Source: a virus
Taxonomy: Duplodnaviria > Caudoviricetes
IMG/VR virus record: IMGVR_UViG_3300021399_000106
Location: 102,547-166,546 of that record
Length of the DNA stretch: 64,000 nucleotides
Direction: 5' to 3' (one strand)
Both the position numbers and the translations under genes were made by a program. The notes under the pieces are model-generated. The model did not search any database, was not told where the DNA came from, and saw nothing but the letters and a program-made list of their open reading frames with translations. Numbering within the stretch: position 1 is the stretch's first letter; the number at the start of each line of letters is the position of its first letter. Positions 53,869-64,000 of this stretch are shown piece by piece.

Positions 53869-54342
53869 ATGGAATGATATAATTGATTTACTCTTTTTGG
53901 TGGAAGCGCTCTTTTAGGTGCTATTGCTGTTGATATCTATATGCGACTTAAAAGTGGTGGTAAAAAAGCAATAGATAAGCATAAAGATGAAAAGATTCAA
54001 GAAGAGAAAAAATTAATAGCCGATGTAGTACAAGAAGTTATGGCTCCTTCATGTGCTCACTTATCAGTAATTAAAAATGAGTTAGGCGAAATAAAAGAGG
54101 AATTAAAAACCAATAAAGCTGCTACAGTTACTGGTTTAAGAGCCGATTTAATGTTATTAAGGGATAGATTTAGAGATCAAGGATTTGCATCTACAAATGA
54201 TAAGGCAGCGTGAATGCAATTATATCATGATTATAGCGATTTAGGTGGTAATCATTTTAAGGAATATGTTGATCAATGAAAAGATGAAGTTACAAATCAA
54301 CCAATAACACCAGACCCTACAAAAGATAGAAGAAAACACTAA
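53869..54342 (+). CDS. Holin-associated membrane protein (N-terminal TM, 'Y..LGGN' family) (TGA=Trp)
   Basis: MEWYNWFTLFGG TM, coiled coil, LRADL, LYHDYSDLGGN. Confidence 0.6.
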
Positions 54343-54361
54343 TTAGTAAAGGAGAAATTTT

Positions 54362-54703
54362 ATGGATTGAATTACAAATGCACAAGCATTAATTGCATTA
54401 ATTATTGGCTTTTTTAGTTTATTATCAGGAGCTATTACAGCATTCCTTTCAATTAAGAAGGTTATTAAGGCTAATAAAGGAAAGTCATTAAAAGAAATAT
54501 GAGCTTTAGTTATGAAATTAGCCGATGCAGCAATGATTGAAGCTGAAAAAACTGCCTTAAATGGTGCAGCTAAAAAGGATAAAGTAATTGCAATGGTTAA
54601 TGCAGCCGCTAAAGAAGCCGGTATTGATATATCAGCATTTACAGAACAATTATCTGAATATATTGACCAAACAATTAATTTTGTAAATACAATGTCAAGA
54701 TAG
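54362..54703 (+). CDS. Holin, LL-H-like (TGA=Trp)
   Basis: N-terminal TM then AMIEAE...GAAKKDKV...IDQTI. Confidence 0.7.
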
Positions 54704-54715
54704 GAGGAAATATAA

Positions 54716-55312
54716 ATGAAATTAACCTTAATCAAATCCTCAGACAAAAAATTATCAGAAGCATTCACTGAAGATAAAAAATTAGCAGAAGCTGAAGAAA
54801 CTACTGATACTGAAGAGGTAGTAAATGATGAAGAAACTACTACCACTGATGACGATAGTTATTCAAATTTTATAGATGATGAAAAACCTGCTGAAGAAGA
54901 TACTAGTGACCCCAATGCTTTTTATAAGGTTCCAAGTGATAATGATACATTACCCGTTGAAAATTCAGAACCAGTAGAAAATAAGGATACTAATTTTGCA
55001 GATGATAGTAATGAAGTAGTTGTTAATAACTTTAATAATCTTGTTAGTCAATTATGAAATACAATAGATGTATTAAAGGGTAGTAAGGCATTTATTGAAA
55101 CAGAAACTTTTTTAGTTAATAATAAAGATTCAATAAATAATTTAATTGAAGATTTAATTGATGATTTAACAATTGACATTGGAGTTGTTTATAAACTAAT
55201 TGAATTAGCAAATCCAAAAGTATCGTTATTAATAAATAAAGGACAAAATAAAGCATCAGAAAAGATATTAGATACAACAACAGATGGTGTTGATAATTTA
55301 TCTAGTTTATAA
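54716..55312 (+). CDS. Acidic hypothetical protein (TGA=Trp)
   Basis: GGAGG RBS; D/E/T-rich N-terminal half. Confidence 0.6.
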
Positions 55313-55323
55313 TTTCAAATTTA

Positions 55324-55354
55324 GAGGTTAAGTAATACTTAACCTTTTTATTTT
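55324..55354 (+). terminator. Intrinsic terminator followed by ACTAAATTA (55355-55363)
   Basis: AGGTTAAGT-AAT-ACTTAACCT plus T tract. Confidence 0.75.
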
Positions 55355-55393
55355 ACTAAATTATATATAAGTATGTAGATAAGGAGATTGTGT

Positions 55394-55852
55394 ATGACTA
55401 ATCTTTTTGATAATTATGAAAAATACAATACACCTATTGCTGATAATAGATATAGGTTTTTACCAATAGTTCCTGAATATAAGGATGTAATTATAAGAGG
55501 TGCTGAAGTAGAACATTGTTTTAAAATACCTCATAAAATAGAAAATATTATAGGAGCTAGAGTTGTTTATTATCAAGGAATTGAAGAAAAAGTAATAATT
55601 CCTTTTAGTAGAATACAACTAAAAAATGAATATAATTCAGAAGATACAACAAATGATATTTCTAAAAATTATTGTTGAGCTTACTATACTCTTACCGAAG
55701 ATGAATCATTAAGATTTAATACCTACAATAAACAGGTTCAAGTTCAATTAGCTGTTGTGGTTTTAGAAAATGATGAACAAAAAGTAGAATATAGTAATAT
55801 ATATAAAATTAAAGTTTTACCTACACTATTTACTTTCGAGGATGGTGAGTAA
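55394..55852 (+). CDS. Putative virion adaptor protein (TGA=Trp)
   Basis: IIRG, YYQG, LTEDESLRF, VQL pattern; in frame through TGA. Confidence 0.55.
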
Positions 55853-55855
55853 TAT

Positions 55856-56233
55856 ATGGCAAGTATATCTAAAAATAATATTATAACAATGAATAGAGGG
55901 GATACTTTTAAATTTCCTTTTACCATAACAATTGGTGATTCAATTAATTATTTTGTTTATGATTTAGTACCTGGTGATAAAGTATATTTAGCAGTTTTAG
56001 AACCTAATCAAAAATGAGAAGATGCAATACTTAAAAAAGTATATGATGAGATTGATTATCTTTATGAAGATCATCAATTAATAATTAGATTTGAACCGGA
56101 AAATACCGAATATTTAAAACCTGGTACATATTATTATCAAATAAAACTATATAGACCATCTAACAACGTAGGTGATGGATTTGAGGCTATAGATACTTTA
56201 ATACCTCGAACAAAATTTATAATTCTAGAATAA
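55856..56233 (+). CDS. Putative virion adaptor protein, BppU-like beta-sandwich (TGA=Trp; absent from ORF track)
   Basis: MNRGDTF, F.PENTEYL.PGTYYYQIKL. Confidence 0.65.
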
Positions 56234-56247
56234 GGAGGTAACTAATA

Positions 56248-57093
56248 ATGGCAGTAAAAGGAAATATTTCAAACACTCCTAATGGGGTTATTGGACATAT
56301 AAAAGCAGATATAAATGTTTATCACGGAGTTGAAACAGATTCAGCAAAAGTAACTATTGATAATAAAACAAAGAAAATTAAAGTTGATGTTAAAGAAGAA
56401 TTTCTTGATAATAAACAAGACAAGTTAATTGCCGGTGAAAACATAACAATTGATGAAAATAATGTTATTAGTGCTACTGGTGGTGGTTCTGAGGTGATAC
56501 CTAATCCAGAAGTAGTAGGTGATGAACCTTTATTAAATAGTATTGAAATAGATGGCGATAAATTTAAAATTAATAATGAAGATAGTGTTTATCATGAAGG
56601 TGAAGGAATCCTAATTGATGAACAAAATAATATTTCAGTTGATAAAGAGGAAATACAAGAAAAATTAATTAGTGGTACAAATATTAAAACTATTAATGAT
56701 CAAACACTATTAGGTCATGGAAACATTGATATTCAAGGCTCTGAACCATTTATTTATAATGAAGTTAATGAAGGAGGCGATCAGGAAATATCTCTTCCTA
56801 AAAATACAATAACAATTTATAAGAATATTAATCTTACTAGTTTAACAATTAATTTTACTGAAACGTATTTGCAAAAAGCTGGATGAATTTCAGAAGTAAC
56901 CTTTAGAAATAATTATCAACCTACTTTAACCATAAATCCTTTAGAAGGGCAAACAATTAAATATATTCAATTTGGTGGAAATACTAATTTGGATTCAGTT
57001 AAAGAACATTTATCAGTAAATGCAGCAATAGATATGATATTCTATTATGATGGAATAAATACAATTTGTTATGTAAGTGAAGTCTTAGATTAA
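56248..57093 (+). CDS. Fibre-like virion protein (TGA=Trp)
   Basis: KQDKLIAGENITID, QEKLISGTNIKTIN..LLG.GNI modules. Confidence 0.65.
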
Positions 57094-57106
57094 GGTAGGT
57101 GATTAT

Positions 57107-57934
57107 ATGAACCTATTAGAATTTAAAAGATTTTGTTTAAAAAGACAAAATTATGATTATGTATTTGTAAAGATTGAATCAGATCATGATTTAAGTATAG
57201 GTCCAGCAGTTATAGAAAAACCTGAAGCAAAGTTAGTTACAGTAAAATATAATGATACATTTAATATTAGCCCTTATTTAAATGTAGTTGATTCATTAAG
57301 AATTGGAAATAAAATAGATCAAAGATTAAATCTTTCAAGTGGTATTAATGTTGTAGACTTTAAAAATACCAGTGTTAAGATGAATCAATTTGTAAATGTT
57401 AGTAAATTAGGTTTATATGTTGATAATTCTGTAAACGTTAGTTTAAGTAAAGATTTTATACAAATGAAAACTAGATTAAGTGCAAGCTCTAAAGATAGTG
57501 TAAAAGGAAGTTTAATAAATGATTTGTTATTGGAAAATAAGCTAAAAGCTGTAATAGCAGACGCTATTGATATAATAACACAACTTCCACAAAAGATTGA
57601 AATTAAAGCTGGAGCTAATATAGCAGAACCTTTAGAAATGAATGTTATTTCTAATAACCAAATAGATTTTATTACTAAAGTAAATACTGCCGAAAGTAAT
57701 AAAATTAATATTGGAAATTTAGATTCAACAAAATTTGAAAGTAACATTTTAAATACAGATGGTAATGAAGTAAATTCTACAACTAATCCTATAATGGGAA
57801 CTTATGGAGGATTCAATGTTGCTAGAAAAGCCTATTTATCAGATTATTCAAATGATACTTTAAAAGATATGGTAGATAAATATGTTGTTAAAGAAACAAC
57901 TTTATATCAACTAAATTATTATATAATTCAATAA
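57107..57934 (+). CDS. Hypothetical virion protein
   Basis: Beta-rich ORF in structural operon. Confidence 0.55.
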   Translation: MNLLEFKRFCLKRQNYDYVFVKIESDHDLSIGPAVIEKPEAKLVTVKYNDTFNISPYLNVVDSLRIGNKIDQRLNLSSGINVVDFKNTSVKMNQFVNVSKLGLYVDNSVNVSLSKDFIQMKTRLSASSKDSVKGSLINDLLLENKLKAVIADAIDIITQLPQKIEIKAGANIAEPLEMNVISNNQIDFITKVNTAESNKINIGNLDSTKFESNILNTDGNEVNSTTNPIMGTYGGFNVARKAYLSDYSNDTLKDMVDKYVVKETTLYQLNYYIIQ

Positions 57935-57950
57935 AAGGAGAAAAGTAAAA

Positions 57951-58730
57951 ATGATTAATTCAAGTATTAAAAATAATTTCTTAAATTTATTAGTAGGAAA
58001 TGCAAATTCAATGTCAGGAGTTGGTGGTACTGCTTACATTTGTTTAGGTTACGATGTTCGAGTTAGTATTGCGGGTAATATCGAACTATTTGAAGAACCT
58101 CAAAATGGTTATAAAAGATATTTATTAGGTAATTATAACCAAGACTTAACACAAAAAGTTACAGTGGTAAATGGTGTAGCATCTAATAAAGATACTTTAT
58201 ATTTTGATGAAGCAGAAGCTGATTGAACTACAGAAGATCATAAATTAAAATATTTTGGTATTGCTAATGATATAAATAGTAAACCATTTGCTTACGGTCA
58301 TATTGTTGATCCAAATTCAAAACAACCAATTGAATTAGATGTAAGAGCTGGTCAAGTTCCAATTATTAAAGTTGGTCAATTAACATTATCAATTAGCGAT
58401 AGTGAAAAATTACCTTTCGATAAATATTATATTCAAGTATTTACAGAAACAGCTGGAGCTTATAATCAAGTAGCTAAGATGGAAGTTATGACAACTGCTA
58501 AGTTCTTATATGATAAATATCAAGTAGCTGTAACAAGTGTTACTGATATAAATCCTTATACTACAACAATTGAAGTTGGCGACAACTATTTAATTGCTAA
58601 CCTACCACAAATGGTTGATTTAGAATTAGATCCAGAAAGTAAGGATCAATATATCACATTATACACAAACAATAATGTAGCAACTGATTATAAAGTATTA
58701 ATTTTCTCTGAAGATCCTGATAGAGAATAA
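57951..58730 (+). CDS. Putative virion protein (TGA=Trp)
   Basis: Two fragments in frame; YICL...E...GYKR...N...I.F.EA...W...YFGI pattern. Confidence 0.6.
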
Positions 58731-58762
58731 TTAAAAATTTAAAACTTTAAAGGAGTGAAAAG

Positions 58763-60412
58763 ATGGCAAAGTCAGTGAATTTAGAATTAAATTTAACTCC
58801 TGAAATTGAAATAGCTCAAACATTATTTGATGAATGAAGACAAAGTATAGATGGATTTCAAGGTGAAAATCCATCTAACTTTGAAATAATTGATACAGCT
58901 ATTGGAGAAATAAATGAAAAGTTAAATAATTTAACTATTTTAAAATTTGAACGTGTAGAGCAATTACCTCCTAAACAAGATGCTAAAACAGATATTATAT
59001 ATTTAGTTCCAGCTTCTGAAAGTGGTGAGTCTAATGTTTATGATGAATACATTTTCTTAGAAACTGAAAATAATTATGAATTAATTGGTTCAACACAAAT
59101 TATCTTTGATCAAACACCTACTGAAAATAGTCAAAATGCAGTTACTTCTGGTGGAGTTTATACAGCATTACAAGATAAAGTAGATAAAGAACAAGGTAAA
59201 GGTTTATCAAGTAATGATTATACAAATAATGAAAAGTCAAAATTAGAAGGTATTGAGACTGGTGCACAAGTAAATGTTCAAGCTGATTGAGAAGAGGAAA
59301 ATCCTAATAGCGATGCCTATATTGCTAATAAACCAACTGTTCCAGCAGCTCAAGTAAATGCAGACTGGGAAGCCGATTCTGGCGTAGCTGAGATTTTAAA
59401 TAAACCTGATTTATCAATTTATGCAGAGAGTAATGATTTAGCAGATGTTGCTTTCAGTGGATCATATAATGATTTATCAGATACACCTGATATTGAAGAT
59501 ATGATTGCTGAAGAACAATCTAGAGCAATAGCAGTTGAAACAGAGTTAGAAACTAAAATAGAGAAAAAACAAGATAAATTAACTGCTGGTGCTAATATAA
59601 CAATCGATTCTAATAATGTTATTAGCGCTACTGGTGGCGGAGGTGTATCATCTATTGAAGCCGGTAATGGTATTGAAATTACTGGTGATGATACTAAAAC
59701 AATTAGTATTGATAATAATGTAGTTGCTACTAAAGATGATATCCCTGCAAATTATGTAACTACTAATACAGTTCAAAATATTTCAGGTTTTAAGGTATTC
59801 ACTAATACTAATGGTATTCAAAGTAGATCATCTGCTACAAGTTCTAATAGAGTAATTATTGATGGTACAAGTGAATCATGACCTAGTATTGAAATACAAA
59901 AGGGTGGAGCCGATAATGATAACTTACATATTTATCCAGGTTCTTTAGAATACTTACCAGATAATGGATCTAGTAATACAGATTTTAAAATAATAACACA
60001 TTATCCAGATAGTAGTAGTAAAAAATTTACTTATACATTTAAAGCACCTTTATATACAGATACTGCAAAAACATTAACAGTAGCTACTACAGATGACATT
60101 ACTGCAATCTCAGGTACTAATGATGGCACTAATTGGACTTCATTAACAATTGGTGAAGATACATATGGTTTAGCCTCAGGTGGTGGATCTGGAATGGACA
60201 TCACAGCTCAAGAAATAGAAGATTATTTCAATGAATATTGTGATATTGAAGCCGAAGTTACAGAAGAAACTATTGAAGGTAAAAATGTTAATGTTTTAGA
60301 TCTAGATAACGTTGATATAGAAATAGATAAGGATTCTGAAGGAATCTATCAGGCCTTAAATTTAAACGCTGATAATGTTTCTGCTGCAAATAAAATTTTA
60401 GATATTGAATAA
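58763..60412 (+). CDS. Tail/head fibre-like protein (TGA=Trp)
   Basis: KVDKEQGKGLSSNDYT..EK.KL.GI..GAQVNVQADW, I.NKP, VAFSGSYNDL, KQDKLTAG modules. Confidence 0.75.
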
Positions 60413-60425
60413 GGAGATTTTAAAA

Positions 60426-61085
60426 ATGAGTGATACAACAAAAATTGATAAGGTAAGAGTAAATGGAGTGTTATATGATTTAGCAGATTCAGGATCAGGT
60501 GGTATTTCAGGAGCTTATTTAGCTCCAAAGACATTAGTTTCTCCAAACTATACTGGTTTTGAGCAAGCTGCTATAAATCCTATTGCTTTAGTTGAACAAT
60601 TAGAAAAAGCGGGTGTTTCTGTAGATGAGCCTGTCATGGATTCAGATGAAAATAACGAATATTTAGAAATTGGATATGTATCAACAAGTAATGGAAACGA
60701 GGACCCAATGATTGAAATAGACATATCTCGTGGTTCTTCTGGCGGTGGTGTTGCTCTTCTTGCTGCATCTGATACTAACGATGAGTCTGTTTTTACAGTA
60801 ACAGTTCGTGTAATGGGTGCTTTTACTGAGGGAGAGGTTTATGACAAGACAACATTACGTGAAATAATAAATTATGTTTTTACAGAAATGGCGCCAGATC
60901 TTAATTTCTATTTAGATAGCAACTCTGGATATTTAGAGAATTTTATAAATATATATTACGAAGCTGCACAAGAGACTTTACATTATTATATTTCTAATAT
61001 GACAAAGTTCTGTGAAGAAGTTATTGTAAAATACAATCCTGGTTCTAGTTCTGAACCTGAGCCACCTGTAAATGTTGCCAGGTAG
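60426..61085 (+). CDS. Hypothetical acidic virion-associated protein
   Basis: AAGGAG RBS; IDKVRVNGVLYDL N-terminus. Confidence 0.55.
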   Translation: MSDTTKIDKVRVNGVLYDLADSGSGGISGAYLAPKTLVSPNYTGFEQAAINPIALVEQLEKAGVSVDEPVMDSDENNEYLEIGYVSTSNGNEDPMIEIDISRGSSGGGVALLAASDTNDESVFTVTVRVMGAFTEGEVYDKTTLREIINYVFTEMAPDLNFYLDSNSGYLENFINIYYEAAQETLHYYISNMTKFCEEVIVKYNPGSSSEPEPPVNVAR

Positions 61086-61091
61086 GATATT

Positions 61092-61937
61092 ATGGTAGAT
61101 GTTGTAGTTCCATACGTTGATTTTCAAGATGAAAATTGAATAAGAACTGCAAACAAAAATGGAATTGATTATTCAGAAATAAATCGTTTTAGAGGACAAG
61201 GCGATTTTTTTAAATATTTCTTTAGAGGAATAGCTAAAAACTTGCCTTGAATAAATAATATATTTTTAATAGTTCAAAGTAAATCACAGATACCAAAATG
61301 ATTAGATATATCTAAAATAAAAGTAGTTTTACATGAGGATTTTATTCCTCATGACTTTCTACCTTTATATAATAGTTGCACTTTAGAAATGTTTTTAGGT
61401 AATATAAAAGAACTAGGTGAACAATTCTTATATTTTAATGACGATATCTATATTTTAAGAGAATTAAAAATTAGTGATTTTTTCGTAGAAAATAAAGTGC
61501 GTCAACATTTTTTGAAGTACTTTTCTTCAAGCGAGCCGTTTAAGTGGCATTGTATAAATGGGTATAATTTAATTTTTAATGACGAAGGTGCTATGACTCC
61601 AGAACATAGTGTTAAGCCTCTTTTAAAAAGTAAAGTTATTGAATGTTTTAATCTGTATAAACAGGAAATATATAATTCAATAAGTACTTTAAGAACCAAT
61701 AAGAATATGAATGTTTATCTATATACATATTATTTATTACAGCAAGACTTATGTGAAGACTCATCAGTTGTTTTTTCATACACCTGTGCTTATGATAACA
61801 GATTTATAAGAGGCATTCTATTGAGTGATATACTTTGTATCGGAGATGAAAAAAGTAACTTGAATGTTTATCGAGATGCTAGAATTAATAAATATTTTGC
61901 AAAAATTTTCCCTGAAAAAAGTAAATATGAATTATAA
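61092..61937 (+). CDS. Stealth-family sugar-1-phosphate transferase (TGA=Trp)
   Basis: CR1 DVVVPYVD..D..W; CR2 RFR, R.I.KNLP-W-I, PK-W-L, HEDFIP, YNS..LE, FLYFNDD. Confidence 0.9.
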
Positions 61938-61951
61938 GGAGGAGTTACCTT

Positions 61952-62587
61952 ATGAAGTATTATATAAGAACAACTCTTGAAAGAAAATTAGATGAAACCT
62001 ATTCTCAAATTGAATATGATTTATTAATAGATAAAGAGCACAAGCCTGTTGAAAGTTTTATAAAACAACTAGAGTTTATTTCAGAAGAAAATGCAGTTTT
62101 GCTGGAAGATGATTTGATTTTATGTAAAAATTTTAAACAGAAAATTGAAGAAATAATAAATCAATTTCCTGATAGAATTATTAATTTTTTTACTTTTCCT
62201 AAGATTTATTTTCAAACTCGAGAATCTAAAAAATTTCTTTGAAATCAATGTACGTATTATCCAAAAAATATAGGTAAACAAATAGCCTTGGTTATGAAAA
62301 AAATTAAAAAACAAAAAGATGAGATTGGAAAAAATTTGCAATATGATGTATTAGAAAGTTTAGCTCTTGAGGAGTTAGGAATGACACACATTCAATATAG
62401 ACCTTGTATAATTCAGCATTTGGACGGAAAAAGTTTAATAGGTAATAGTAACTCAGGAAGAATGACAGTTTATTTTATTGATTATCTAGATGAGTTAAAT
62501 ATTACCTATGAGGAAGCTCGAAAACAAGAAAATAGACTTAAATTAAAATATAAACTATTAAGGACAAAAAGAGAAAGGAAAATTTAG
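61952..62587 (+). CDS. Glycosyltransferase-like protein (GT-A, LEDD) (TGA=Trp)
   Basis: VLLEDDLIL, YD, P.IIQH, SLIG. Confidence 0.65.
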
Positions 62588-62651
62588 TTATTATGAAGTT
62601 TATCATATGTTAAAATATAAAACTAAATTTAGTGATAAGGAGTAATTTAAT

Positions 62652-64000
62652 ATGGATGATAAAAAATATACAGAGGAACTTATAAAGAATATAGGTAAAA
62701 AGTTAAGAGGAAAGCAAACTGCTTTAAAGTTTGATAATACTCCTACTAAAGGAAGTGTAAATCCAGTTACCAGTGAAGGTATTAAGGAATATGTGGATAA
62801 TCATGGTGGTGGCGGTGCTAACTATGAAGCTGGAGAAAATATTACAATAATTGATAATGTTATTAGTGCGAAAGATACTAAATATACCGCAGGAGATGGT
62901 ATTAATATTGATTCTAATAATAAAATAGGAATTGATAATACCGTAGCATTAAAGAGCGAATTATTCTCAGGAGATTATGACGATTTAACAAATAAACCTA
63001 CATTTGCTACAGTTGCCACTACAGGTAGTTATAGCGATTTAAATGATAAAATAATTATTAATCCTACTCTTGATGATAATGAGGAAAAATTGACTGGACT
63101 AGAAGTAGAAAATGTTAAGTATAAAATTCCAGAGTTAAAAATATTAACTAATTTTACTAATAAGTGAAAAGTTAAAAATTGAACAGGATTACAAACTCTT
63201 TATGGCAATAAGGTCTGGACTGACGGAGATAATATTTATTATTCATATAGTTCAGACCAGTACGTTTTAAACAAAACAACTTCAACATGAACACAAAAAA
63301 CATGGAATGGCTTGATAAATTTTAATGGTAATCACATATGAACTGACGGAGATAATATTTATTATTCATATAGTTCAAATCAATATGTATTAGATAAATC
63401 TACATCAGCATGGAGTGAAAAAACTTGAAATGAATTCAGTAATATTAATGGTCAAAATGTTTGAACAGATGGGGAGAATATTTATTATTCAAATGGAACT
63501 AATAATCAATATGTATTAGACAAAGAGACATCCACGTGAACACAAAAAACCTGAACAGGATTAACCAGTTTTAGTGGTGACCGTATTTGGACCGACGGCG
63601 AAAATATCTATTATTCATATGGCCCAAACCAATACATCTTAAATAGAGCAACATCAACATGGACAGAAAAAACATGAAATATAGGATTTAGTGGCGACTA
63701 TATTTGAACTGACAAGGAAAATATTTATTATTCAAATAGTTCACTCCAATATGTATTAGACAAATCAACTTCAACATGAGTTGCAAAGACATGAACTGGT
63801 TTAACCAGTTTTTATGGTAATGATATTTGGACTGATGGAACTAATATTTATTATTCAAACTCAACAAGTCAATATGAGTTAACTCCTAACTACTCTAATT
63901 CTAATATTTTAAAAAAGATTGCTGAAACTTCAGATTACAATGATTTAATAAATAAACCAATGATTGGTAAAGTTGTTGAAGGCGATAATGATGGAACCTA
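62652..64000 (+). CDS. Fibre-like protein with six Trp-rich ~41-aa repeats (3' truncated; TGA=Trp)
   Basis: Fibre modules then repeats W.G...G..[IV]WTDG.NIYYS...QY.L...STW..K; open to window end. Confidence 0.8.
63165..63885 (+). repeat. Six tandem ~123-bp coding repeats
   Basis: WTD codons start at 63216, 63339, 63462, 63588, 63705, 63828. Confidence 0.9.

Larger units (their letters stand above)
1..64000. mobile_element. Segment of a large myovirus-type bacteriophage genome using genetic code 4 (TGA=Trp)
   Basis: Sheath, tube, tape measure, baseplate, fibre and holin-like genes in one operon; phage-type recombination genes; dense co-oriented gene blocks; no host housekeeping operons. Confidence 0.95.

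Noticed and set aside
53869-55312. Endolysin next to the holin-like genes
   Set aside because: No amidase, muramidase or peptidase motifs recognised in adjacent ORFs
654-62341. Short antisense or alternate-frame ORFs in the track (e.g. 654..845, 2150..2371, 4247..4576, 13673..13915, 54343..54846, 57385..57747)
   Set aside because: They overlap well-supported genes, lack RBS and motifs, and look like shadow ORFs
63165-63885. CRISPR array or DGR template/variable repeat pair
   Set aside because: Repeats are in-frame, degenerate at synonymous sites, lack unique spacers, differences are not adenine-specific, and no reverse transcriptase or cas operon is present
1-64000. Widespread pseudogenisation or sequencing errors explaining the fragmented ORFs
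   Set aside because: All breaks are in-frame TGA at Trp-compatible positions, with no frameshifts or TAA/TAG interruptions; recoding explains them
1-64000. TGA read as Gly (code 25) or selenocysteine
   Set aside because: TGA alternates with TGG in tandem repeats and sits in Trp motifs; far too frequent for Sec

Overview
The window is a 64-kb internal segment of a very AT-rich, large contractile-tailed (myovirus-type) phage genome. It must be read with genetic code 4 (TGA = Trp): many ORFs in the supplied track are fragments that join in frame through TGA, and every gene I traced ends in TAA or TAG. Layout: (i) 1-2886 (+) end of a BspA-like LRR protein and a GT2 glycosyltransferase. (ii) 3017-34363 (-) a long early/middle region with a bacterial-type clamp loader (holA/holB/dnaX-like), HD hydrolase, MazG-like protein, CCA-adding enzyme, radical SAM enzyme, a circularly permuted ASCH protein, four paralogues sharing an N-terminal 'MIxIRxxxFETNSSS[ST]HS' motif, RlaP-like nucleotidyltransferase, RecA, two resolvase-like nucleases, degenerate peptide-deformylase and prohead-protease homologues, a metallophosphoesterase, SbcCD/gp46-47 and a PD-(D/E)xK nuclease. 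(iii) 34438-64000 (+) a late region with tail completion, sheath, tube, chaperone with a probable +1 frameshift, tape measure, baseplate, tail fibres, holin-like genes, and Stealth and glycosyltransferase genes. Two promoter-like motifs partition the window (ATTGTATWW for early/middle units, ACTAAATTA for late units) and sit back-to-back at the strand switch. The best candidate for an undescribed system is the radical SAM enzyme plus the four 'FETNSSSxHS' proteins. I recognised no capsid, portal, large terminase, tRNA or CRISPR array. All product calls come from motif recognition by eye, not database searches.
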